Virus record (IMG/VR): IMGVR_UViG_3300010344_000850
Location: 37,711-101,710 of that record
Direction: 5' to 3' (one strand)
Length of the DNA: 64,000 nt
Source: a virus
Lineage: Duplodnaviria; Caudoviricetes
The translations under genes and the position numbers were made by a program. Each line of letters opens with the position of its first letter. Position 1 is the first letter of the stretch. Of the stretch, positions 48,040 through 56,536 are shown one piece after another. Below the pieces are notes generated by a model that was not told the DNA's origin, did no database searches, and saw only the letters and a list, made by a program, of their open reading frames with translations.

Positions 48040-50007
48040 TTAATCAATCCATATAATTTGAGACAGAGTAGAGCCAATAAATTCTGGCGGATTAAACGCC
48101 GCCGTATACCTCGCCACGCCTTTTGAGATGCGGATATTGTCGATGGTTCCATTCATCCAAGACTTTCTTGTTGAATCGTAGGTGTAGTAGAAGCAACCTA
48201 TTTCTAAGGCTCTTGCGGGTTGGTAATTGTAAGTATCAGCCCGTGTTCCAATAAGAGTTCCGTTAAGATAAACATTTACAGTTGTTCCAGTTCTTGATAC
48301 TGCTATATGATTCCATTGATTTAATGGAATAGTAGGAACTGTTATGACCCAATCTGCTGTATGAGAACTACCGCCTACGTTCACATTAAAACGTGTTGCA
48401 GAGTCTGCTCCAACATACCATCCCCCTCCACCATAAACAGAACAATCTATGAATGCCTGTGCTGCTGCAAAAGACTTCGACCTAAAATATGCCTCGTAAG
48501 TGTAATCTCCAGTTCCGAATTTCCAATCGTCACTTGCTCCAACGCTGAGGCGACTATTCGTCCCATCAAAATACCCAACCCCACTCCCAATCGCCATGAA
48601 GTCCACTTTGGCACTTCCAACGGGATAAGGAGACTTCCCTATCTCGTCCTTGAAGATGCAGGAGCGGTAGTCTTCGGTGTATTTGATTTTGGTGTCGCCC
48701 TTGCAAGTGACAGTCTTCCCCGTGGTATCAAGAATGTCGGTGCTGTTGTTTCCACCAACTCCGTTGTTCTGGTCGCCCTTGATGTACAGCTTCGTATTCG
48801 CATCCACAGTGAAGCCTGTTTGGGAGGGGGTGAAGGCGGTGGTATTTCTCTCGTTGTCTGATACTCTAATTTCTCGCATCCAACCATTAAAATAAGTTCC
48901 AGCCGCCGCCTTAATTGAACCAATACGGAGAGTTTGGTCTGTGAAATTATAGTTATTCGTGTAGACAGAACCTTCCGCTTGTCCGTTCAGATAAAGAGTT
49001 ACAGTTCTAGCCCCATCAGCACCGCCGTTCCCAACAACTCTCCAATGATAAGTTCTGTTTGCAATAAGCGTAGTTCCACCCGTTATTCTCGCCGTGGTAG
49101 CTGTCGTAAAACAAAGTTTGCTCGAAGCGATATTGATTAAAAATCCAGTTGTATTAGCCGTGGCTGTACGAGTGTCATAAATGGTTTGAGCAGTAGCGGG
49201 AACACCAGTATTAAAAAACCCCTCAACCGTAAAAGCCCCTGTTCCTGGGGCAAAATCTGCCGAGTCGCTGAAATCCAAATAATCCCCCGTCCCATCAAAC
49301 GCAATCGCTGGCCCCAAAGGAGAAGTGGCGGGAGTGTTCCCACGCATATCGAGGACGGTTGTTGTATCTTTCTTGAGCGTTAAGTTCTTCAACCATCCGT
49401 TGTAATAAGTCCCCGCAGTAGCCTTAACGGAACCAATTCTCAAAGTCCGTTTCGCAAAGTAATAATCAGCGGTATATGTGGAACCCTCTTGAGCGTAATC
49501 ACCATCCCCAACAGCGAGATACATAATGACCGTTCTCGACCCATTCGCCCCTCCATTCCCAACAATCTTGCACCGATACTTCGTGTTAATTGCCAACGTT
49601 GTTGTTCCAGTAATCCTTGCGGTCGTTGCGGTCGTGAAGCAGAGTTTGTTTCCCGAGGAATTGATGATATTGACAAGCCATGCGTCCGTGTCTGCTGTTG
49701 CCGTACGATTATCAATAATCGTCTGAGCAGTTGCGGCGATATTCGTCATAAAACTGAACTCGATTTCAAAAGCCCCGTCACCGAAAGCAAAGCCTGCGGA
49801 GTTGGCAATATCGACGTAATCTGTCGTCCCATTAAAAAACATCGCCTGCGGTTTCCCATCCTCCAACACAGGAATCTGCGTGGCGTTGCCGTTGGCGGTT
49901 ACAGCTTTCGCAGATGGAGATGAATCTACAAACTCGTCAGCAGTCCCGTCCATCTTGAGGAAGAGTTTGTCGTTTGAATCGATCTGATAATAATTCGGCG
50001 TACCCAT
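48040..50007 (-). CDS. Multi-LamG/concanavalin A-like domain protein (virion adhesin candidate)
   Basis: Three FNG/FDG...NG-W/T modules, WNHIAV, IDNIRISKGVARY; GC clearly above the genome background. Confidence 0.8.
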   Translation of the reverse strand: MGTPNYYQIDSNDKLFLKMDGTADEFVDSSPSAKAVTANGNATQIPVLEDGKPQAMFFNGTTDYVDIANSAGFAFGDGAFEIEFSFMTNIAATAQTIIDNRTATADTDAWLVNIINSSGNKLCFTTATTARITGTTTLAINTKYRCKIVGNGGANGSRTVIMYLAVGDGDYAQEGSTYTADYYFAKRTLRIGSVKATAGTYYNGWLKNLTLKKDTTTVLDMRGNTPATSPLGPAIAFDGTGDYLDFSDSADFAPGTGAFTVEGFFNTGVPATAQTIYDTRTATANTTGFLINIASSKLCFTTATTARITGGTTLIANRTYHWRVVGNGGADGARTVTLYLNGQAEGSVYTNNYNFTDQTLRIGSIKAAAGTYFNGWMREIRVSDNERNTTAFTPSQTGFTVDANTKLYIKGDQNNGVGGNNSTDILDTTGKTVTCKGDTKIKYTEDYRSCIFKDEIGKSPYPVGSAKVDFMAIGSGVGYFDGTNSRLSVGASDDWKFGTGDYTYEAYFRSKSFAAAQAFIDCSVYGGGGWYVGADSATRFNVNVGGSSHTADWVITVPTIPLNQWNHIAVSRTGTTVNVYLNGTLIGTRADTYNYQPARALEIGCFYYTYDSTRKSWMNGTIDNIRISKGVARYTAAFNPPEFIGSTLSQIIWID

Positions 50008-50009
50008 TA

Positions 50010-50696
50010 TTAAGCCCTGTTATAAGTCAGAACAACGGTTAAGCGCTTAGAAGCAGTATTTGAGTCAATGTTAAATACAAGAACACTCAATGCGGCGATA
50101 GCGGTTGTCCATCCGGTCAAAGTTGTATCAGAGCTATTAGTAGCAGTTGTAATCGTAATAGGAGCTGAAGCCGTGATTGAATCATCATTAGTCGGAGGAT
50201 AATTCGCAATCGTGTCCTTCCAAACGTCAACAACCGTAGTTGTCGAAACGTCAGAGAACGCATAAGCTCCTGTGATCGTAATTGCTTTAGGAACGATCAG
50301 CCAAAGTTGAGTTGACGCTTGAATCGCCCCTGACCCGCCATCAAAAACAACCTCAATCGCTCCTCCTCCAGTAACCTCTGCCCAGTCTCCGTCCTTACGA
50401 CCATAGGTTTTCCCATCAGAAGCTGCGTCCGTTAAGTATCCTGCTGCAGAGTGGTTTCCCCATCCATATGCTGTATCCCAGTCGGTAGCATTCCAGTCTT
50501 CATCTGCCTTTATTGCACTTACTGCCTCTGCGTCAGTGTAGTTATCGTAATCTACCTCCGCCCAAACGCCAGCTTTCTTTAAATAAATCTTTCTTGTGTC
50601 CGTCTCAAAGAAAACTGCACCATCTGCAATATTTGTCGGTTTTGTATCAGAAGATAAGCCGGTTACCCGATCTCCTGCGTATTTTTGTATAGCCAT
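50010..50696 (-). CDS. Fibre-like structural protein
   Basis: WDTAYGWGNH, DAASDGKTYGRKDGDW fibre motifs; elevated GC. Confidence 0.6.
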   Translation of the reverse strand: MAIQKYAGDRVTGLSSDTKPTNIADGAVFFETDTRKIYLKKAGVWAEVDYDNYTDAEAVSAIKADEDWNATDWDTAYGWGNHSAAGYLTDAASDGKTYGRKDGDWAEVTGGGAIEVVFDGGSGAIQASTQLWLIVPKAITITGAYAFSDVSTTTVVDVWKDTIANYPPTNDDSITASAPITITTATNSSDTTLTGWTTAIAALSVLVFNIDSNTASKRLTVVLTYNRA

Positions 50697-50698
50697 TT

Positions 50699-50920
50699 TT
50701 AGACCTCAATAGGAGTTACTTCACAAGGTAGATTTCCTTCATTTGAATGATTACAAGTGTGTATGTGATAAGTAAAATTACCTATAAAAATACTTTTGTA
50801 TTCATTTGCTTTTTGGATTGCTTCTTCATCACTAGCCACTTCAATTCTTAAAAATTGCGGTTGTCCTTCTAGTGCTTCTTCCTCTGAAAGTTGTTCCATT
50901 ATTTCTAAATACTTTTTCAT
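50699..50920 (-). CDS. Small acidic protein
   Basis: AGGAGG RBS; HTCNH...PC. Confidence 0.6.
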   Translation of the reverse strand: MKKYLEIMEQLSEEEALEGQPQFLRIEVASDEEAIQKANEYKSIFIGNFTYHIHTCNHSNEGNLPCEVTPIEV

Positions 50921-50935
50921 TTTTAACCTCCTGTT

Positions 50936-53614
50936 TTATCTAAATGGGGAATATTTCCCCTTGCCTGAATTGTATAAATAACTTATTTCTTCTTGACTTA
51001 ATGCTCTATTGAAAATCATTACTTCGTCGATTGAGCCTTTGAATTTTCTTTGAAATGATGTTGATTCTTTTCCAATTATTAAGGGAGTTGCTGTATTTTG
51101 AACATTTACCGGATAATTATTTGCTGAACTAGAAAATACGCTATTACGATAAACATCTACTTTAGTTCCAGTTTTTACTACTGTTATTAACTGCCATTCA
51201 TTTATTATGATTATACCAGAGCCCCCAAAATCATTATAAATTAGAGAAGAACCATCCGAAAAACCAATTTGAATACCTGAAGCGCCTGTCCACCAAAAAA
51301 TATGATAATCTTCTCGCACTGCAATATAATCCGCAGTTTTATAAATTAGTCCTCCTGCCTGAGATTTGTTTGGTTTTACCCAGAAAGAAATAGTCATATC
51401 AGAATTACCTGCAACATTATTACCACAATTTACATAATCATCAACCCCATCAAAACTTAATGCTTTACCCAATTTACCATCTACTTGAGTTGCGCCATAA
51501 ATTGTCCCATTATTAACTCCTGTTTCATCTATGAGTGTTGTTCCTGAAATGTTGTCCATTGACCAATAACCTACTACGCTACTTCTGTCTAACTTTCTTA
51601 CATTTATTTTAATTTTAATTCCTGTCTCATTTCCTGTTTTAAGTTTATATTTCTCTACCCCAACATTATAAATTCTTTCCATCTCTTTTTCCGTTAAAAT
51701 TCCGTTATAGAATAATACCTCATCTAATAATCCATCTAATTTTCCATTGTATCCTGCTCCGAAATAAATATTTGTAGATGTACCAGTATTATTTCCAACA
51801 GCATATTCGCTAGTTAAAACATTATTTAAATATACTTTTTCAACAGTAGTAGTTCTAGTAATTATCACATTATACCACTTTTCTGCTTCTACTGTTCCAA
51901 CGGTTACATAGGTCGGGCTTCTTCCGATATTGTAAGTTTTTAGAACAGCATTATCTGCCCTTAAAATCATATTTGGACTATTTGCAGTTGGAGAATCTCC
52001 AATAGATAGAATAGAATTCATATCTTTTAAGGTATCTAATTTAAACCAACAAGATATTGAATAAGAATTACGATTAATATAAGATGAACCAACTGGAATA
52101 TCTACATAATCATCTGTTCCGTCAAAACTTAACGCTTTACCTTTTATTCCATCTGTTTGAACCGCACCATAAATAGTTCCGTTTTTTAAACCTTTTTCGT
52201 CGATTAAAGAATTACCTGAAACTTTATCCATAGACCAATATAATGTATAGGGAAACATTGCTCTTAGGGATACCCTTTTATTATCTACATAAGTTATCCC
52301 AGTGCTTCCACCGTCAGTAATTGTCCAAGTAAAATTAGAAGCTATTTTATTTTTAGATTCTAAAGGTAATCCATTACTATATTTAGAACCACCAAAACTA
52401 ATTGTTACTCCTGATTGAAGGGTTTGTTTTGACCATTTAATTAAAATTCCATCATAATTTATTGTAGAGAGTGCCGTTCCACTAAGCATCGCATCTGCAG
52501 TTGTTACACTTGTTACATTCCAATTTGAAACATCTCCATTAAAATTAGTTGCGCTAAGAAATGTCCTAAGCATACTCGTAACTTTTGAAGTATTCCAATT
52601 ACCTATTGGTTGATTAAAAACTATTGCGTTACGGAACATATCTGCCATCGTGGTTACGGATGAAGTATTCCAATTTCCTATTGGTTGATTAAAAGAACTC
52701 GCACCAGAAAACATAGAATTCATATTTTCTACTTTCGAAACATCCCAATCATTTAACGGCTGATTAAAAGAAATTGCACCTCCAAACATCGCATTCATAT
52801 TAGTAACTTTAGAAGTATTCCAAGAATTAAGGGAGCTATTAAAAGAAACTGCTCCGTAAAATGTTCCGTTCATATTTGTAACTAAAAAGGTATTCCATGA
52901 AGAAAGATTTTGATTGAAAGCTGTTGCTCCGTAAAATGTCCTAATCATACTCGTAACTTTTGAAGTATTCCAATTACCTATTGGTTGATTAAAAGAAGAT
53001 GCTCCTCTAAACATTTCCGCCATACTTGTAACAGAAGAAGTATCCCAACTTGAAATGTCTTGATTAAAAGAAGATGCTCCTCTAAACATATAAGCCATAG
53101 TTGTAACTTTAGAAGTGTTCCAATTATTCAAAGGTTGATTAAATGAAGTTGCATCTTGAAACATATATGCCATTGAAGTAACTTTATAAGTATTCCAGGA
53201 AGAAATATTTCCATTAAAATTACTTGCTACAAAAAACATTCCCTGCATAGTTGTAACATTTCCACTTACATCATCAAAAAAAGCAGGTTCCGTAAAAGTA
53301 GTTATCTGTGTACATCCTCTAAACATATCTTGTCCAGAAGTTATCCCAGTCAATCCATCACTCATTTTTGTTAAAATATCTTTTAACAAGGTGGGTGTTG
53401 CACCAGTCCCATAAAAAGCAATTCTTGTCGCCTGACCATTTAAAGAAACATTATAAATTCCTGCAGTTGTATAAGCGTGAGTCCTTGTTCCTGTTCCAGA
53501 ATAAGTATTATTAGAACTATCTCCCCAATCTACATATAAATTTACAGCGTTATCGGTTACAAAACCGAATGTTTGCCCGTTTGAAGTTGTCTGAATTTGG
53601 AATGTGAATGGCAT
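50936..53614 (-). CDS. BspA/DUF285 repeat protein with two LamG-like domains
   Basis: VDWGD...THAY PKD-like start; about ten 25-aa [20 protein letters not shown] repeats; two ALSFDG...DEV LamG-like modules. Confidence 0.88.
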   Translation of the reverse strand: MPFTFQIQTTSNGQTFGFVTDNAVNLYVDWGDSSNNTYSGTGTRTHAYTTAGIYNVSLNGQATRIAFYGTGATPTLLKDILTKMSDGLTGITSGQDMFRGCTQITTFTEPAFFDDVSGNVTTMQGMFFVASNFNGNISSWNTYKVTSMAYMFQDATSFNQPLNNWNTSKVTTMAYMFRGASSFNQDISSWDTSSVTSMAEMFRGASSFNQPIGNWNTSKVTSMIRTFYGATAFNQNLSSWNTFLVTNMNGTFYGAVSFNSSLNSWNTSKVTNMNAMFGGAISFNQPLNDWDVSKVENMNSMFSGASSFNQPIGNWNTSSVTTMADMFRNAIVFNQPIGNWNTSKVTSMLRTFLSATNFNGDVSNWNVTSVTTADAMLSGTALSTINYDGILIKWSKQTLQSGVTISFGGSKYSNGLPLESKNKIASNFTWTITDGGSTGITYVDNKRVSLRAMFPYTLYWSMDKVSGNSLIDEKGLKNGTIYGAVQTDGIKGKALSFDGTDDYVDIPVGSSYINRNSYSISCWFKLDTLKDMNSILSIGDSPTANSPNMILRADNAVLKTYNIGRSPTYVTVGTVEAEKWYNVIITRTTTVEKVYLNNVLTSEYAVGNNTGTSTNIYFGAGYNGKLDGLLDEVLFYNGILTEKEMERIYNVGVEKYKLKTGNETGIKIKINVRKLDRSSVVGYWSMDNISGTTLIDETGVNNGTIYGATQVDGKLGKALSFDGVDDYVNCGNNVAGNSDMTISFWVKPNKSQAGGLIYKTADYIAVREDYHIFWWTGASGIQIGFSDGSSLIYNDFGGSGIIIINEWQLITVVKTGTKVDVYRNSVFSSSANNYPVNVQNTATPLIIGKESTSFQRKFKGSIDEVMIFNRALSQEEISYLYNSGKGKYSPFR
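52490..53270 (-). repeat. 75-bp-period coding tandem repeats (DUF285)
   Basis: 49-nt exact duplicate at 52571-52619 and 52946-52994 (375 bp apart, five periods). Confidence 0.85.
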
Positions 53615-53811
53615 TATAACACCTCTTCAATCATTTCTTCAGTTTCTATTTTATCTCCAAATTTAGCAATAGCTTCTTCTTCTGTATCAAATAGTTCTAG
53701 AAAAGGTTGTCCTGTCGTTATCTCTTGGTTTTCTAATTCACATAATACAAAATAATCTATATTATTATGTGCTACTGCAAATTTATGTCCTTCTATGAAT
53801 TGTTTAATCAT
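53614..53811 (-). CDS. Small acidic protein
   Basis: AAGGA RBS; [16 protein letters not shown] resembles GQPQFLRIEVASDEEAI of 50699-50920. Confidence 0.6.
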   Translation of the reverse strand: MIKQFIEGHKFAVAHNNIDYFVLCELENQEITTGQPFLELFDTEEEAIAKFGDKIETEEMIEEVL

Positions 53812-53839
53812 ACTTTGTGTCCTTCTATAAATTGTGTAA

Positions 53840-54661
53840 TCATACTATTGTAGTGGAGATAATTACTTTCTCTCCCAATTCATTTTTAGTTAATAAACTT
53901 ATAGTCCTATTTGGTCTTACTCCTGTTGCTTCTTGATACATAAAAGTAGATTCTTGAGAAGGACTAATTGGTTCTATTGCCGATGAAAATTCAAGCATCC
54001 CAAAAACGAAGTTTGCTCCTGCTTCTACTTCATCGTCAGTATTTACTTTTAATATATCTACTTCTGCACTATCTACATAGTTTCTTCCTTGAATAAACTT
54101 CTCATTTAATATCTTAAGATTTCCCTCTGCGGTTATATCTGTGGCGGTAACATCGTAAGCACCCAAGTCTACATCTGTTGTTGCTCCTGTATAAGGAACT
54201 AATCCACTAACATCGGGGTCTGGTAAATCTACATATTCGTGGTCTCCGTCTGCATTAACTTGTAATATCTTTCCTGTTGCTTTTGCTGTATTTACTACAT
54301 CAGATAAATCAGCTAAACTAAAATCAGGTGTCCAATTAATCCACTCACCTAAACTTGCATTATAATATAGTAATTGTCCGTTAGATAAGCCCGATAATAG
54401 AGTAACATCAGAAAGACTTTCTATTGAAATAGCCTCACTCTTTAAAGTCCCGTCTTCGTTAATTCCTACAGCTATTCTTTCAGCTAAAGAAGACTTTGAC
54501 CCTTTTAATCCTGTTCCTAATTCAGTTTCAATAGCGAGAATTTCTTCATTTTGACGAGTTTCAATGACAGAGTGGGGAACTCCTGTAGTAGGTTGATTTA
54601 ACCCCTCAGCCGATATAGGATTTGTTAATGTAGCTATTTCACTAGGATATTGAGCTGTCAT
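53840..54661 (-). CDS. Fibre-like structural protein
   Basis: AIETELG, LSDV...GQLLYYN...W, VPYTGATTDVDLG fibre motifs. Confidence 0.6.
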   Translation of the reverse strand: MTAQYPSEIATLTNPISAEGLNQPTTGVPHSVIETRQNEEILAIETELGTGLKGSKSSLAERIAVGINEDGTLKSEAISIESLSDVTLLSGLSNGQLLYYNASLGEWINWTPDFSLADLSDVVNTAKATGKILQVNADGDHEYVDLPDPDVSGLVPYTGATTDVDLGAYDVTATDITAEGNLKILNEKFIQGRNYVDSAEVDILKVNTDDEVEAGANFVFGMLEFSSAIEPISPSQESTFMYQEATGVRPNRTISLLTKNELGEKVIISTTIV

Positions 54662-54679
54662 TTAGTTTCCTTTTAATTT

Positions 54680-54976
54680 CTACGGTAAATAAAGTTCGTA
54701 ACCACGGACTCTAAGTTCAGTTTTCAAGCCTTTTTTTACAGTCAACGAAGGTTTCCAAGTAATTACTAAGCTACTAGATTCATTAGGATTTAAAAATTTA
54801 GGAGCGTTATTAATAACTATTTCTTTATTTTCTATAGAGAATTCTAAATCTTCTACTTTAACATTTAACTCGTTTTTAATATAAAAAGTATAGCTTTTAG
54901 ACTGACCTGCTATAGCAGTCCCTAAATCTAGTAGGTTGACCTCCTCCTTTAACTTTTCATCCTTAAATATCTGCAT
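54680..54976 (-). CDS. Single Ig-like domain protein
   Basis: LDLG...FYIKN...LNPNES...ITWKP. Confidence 0.6.
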   Translation of the reverse strand: MQIFKDEKLKEEVNLLDLGTAIAGQSKSYTFYIKNELNVKVEDLEFSIENKEIVINNAPKFLNPNESSSLVITWKPSLTVKKGLKTELRVRGYELYLP

Positions 54977-56498
54977 TTTTGTTCTCCTCTAAAATTTTAT
55001 TTACGATACTCATTTTACCCTCTAAAATTTTTAATTCCATAATATCTTTCATATTTTTTAATTCTTCTGATGCTTTATTGTAGTTTTTAGACTCAGGTTC
55101 TTTTTTATTCTCATTCTCATTGTCTTGAGTATCTTTAGAACTCGGTTCTTCAGTCTCTCCGTTGTTCTGTATCACAGGAGGTTTCATCACTTCATCCTTA
55201 TTGTCCTTAGTTTCCTGTGTTCTACGTTCAACTTCAATATCAAAATCAACCTCTCCTACAACTTCAGTAAATGTTCTCTTTGATAATACTCCTCGGTCAT
55301 ACATAGAACGAAGAAGAAGTCTAACTTCCTTATCGAAGAACGAGGTTACAGGAGAATTATGAATTTCAATATACATATCTTCTGTAAAATATTTTTTATG
55401 AGTAGGTCGATTAACTTCTACAATAGTTTTCATAATATCCCGAAAAAGAGTTTTAAAATCCTCAATTCCGCTATGAACTTCCTGAATGAAAGGCTTAGGA
55501 TTAAGAACAGATTCTTTTCTAGAAAAACTCATTCCGTCTACAATATCTATAAACCCTAATCCCGCTAACAGACGTTTTTCAACAGGAGAATAAAGCTTCT
55601 CCTCTAATATTTTTCCGTATTCAGGAATAATGTTTTCGATTTCTGTATCAAAATTAGTAGCGTAAACAGGTACTCCGTTACTAGATTTACCTTTAGCTAA
55701 AAAGTCTCCTAAATCAGTTTTAATTTTGTCTAAATCATCAGCCGAATAAATAAAATCAGGATTCTCCGTTAGAGCCATCTTCTCCGTACCTTTTTTAATC
55801 ATCATAAGATATTCAATAGCTTTAGAGAGAAGATTTTCTCCTTTTTCTTCTAAAAGCTCTAACATCTTAGCGTTTTTATAGATACCTCTTTGAATAATAA
55901 AGGGCGTAGGTTTTAATACTCCCCAACTAGAAAAAGGTTTCTGAACAAAGATTTTCTCATCTTTTTTACTAGGAAGCTTAACAAATTTATTGTCACTCTT
56001 TTTCCCTACAATAAGAGAATATTGTTCTTCACCTAAACGACGAGATTCTCCCTCATCTTTTACTTCAAGATACTCTCCGTCTACAAACCACATCTTCGTA
56101 GGAAGAATATATTCCCCTACTTTTTCCCATATACTTCTCATTACGATAAGAGACCCCGATTTCCACCTCTCTCTAAAATATTCCTTAGCGAGAGCTTTAA
56201 TTCCTACAGGAATTTTACCTCTAAGACTATCGTTAATAGAGTAGAGCCAATTATTCAACACGTCGCTTAAATTTGTATTGTGAGATTCTACATAGTATTC
56301 TACGGTAGAACAATTAATAGCGTAATCAAGTACAGTGTTCACTAGACCTGATACGTCATTTCTTAATATTTCTTTTACTGAAACTACTTGTTCTGTGTAA
56401 TCAGAAGGAACCGTAATTTTACTTCCCTCTAATAATTTATTCATCTCAGCCAACCAAGTTAAACTTGGAGCAACTGCCATGCGATCTAGCAACCCCAC
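54963..56498 (-). CDS. Portal protein
   Basis: 511 aa directly after TerL; YDRGVLSKRTF, E..RR..E C-terminal pattern; GTG start with GGTG RBS. Confidence 0.75.
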   Translation of the reverse strand: MGLLDRMAVAPSLTWLAEMNKLLEGSKITVPSDYTEQVVSVKEILRNDVSGLVNTVLDYAINCSTVEYYVESHNTNLSDVLNNWLYSINDSLRGKIPVGIKALAKEYFRERWKSGSLIVMRSIWEKVGEYILPTKMWFVDGEYLEVKDEGESRRLGEEQYSLIVGKKSDNKFVKLPSKKDEKIFVQKPFSSWGVLKPTPFIIQRGIYKNAKMLELLEEKGENLLSKAIEYLMMIKKGTEKMALTENPDFIYSADDLDKIKTDLGDFLAKGKSSNGVPVYATNFDTEIENIIPEYGKILEEKLYSPVEKRLLAGLGFIDIVDGMSFSRKESVLNPKPFIQEVHSGIEDFKTLFRDIMKTIVEVNRPTHKKYFTEDMYIEIHNSPVTSFFDKEVRLLLRSMYDRGVLSKRTFTEVVGEVDFDIEVERRTQETKDNKDEVMKPPVIQNNGETEEPSSKDTQDNENENKKEPESKNYNKASEELKNMKDIMELKILEGKMSIVNKILEENKNADI

Positions 56499-56536
56499 TT
56501 GAAATCACCATCCTTTTCGTTATATATTTTCATGTT

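Noticed and set aside
48361-49923. Several overlapping ORFs on both strands within the LamG gene
   Set aside because: Shadow ORFs from locally higher GC; no RBS or protein motifs
48040-53614. Diversity-generating retroelement targeting the adhesins
   Set aside because: No reverse transcriptase in the window; repeats are in-frame coding units without adenine-specific mismatches
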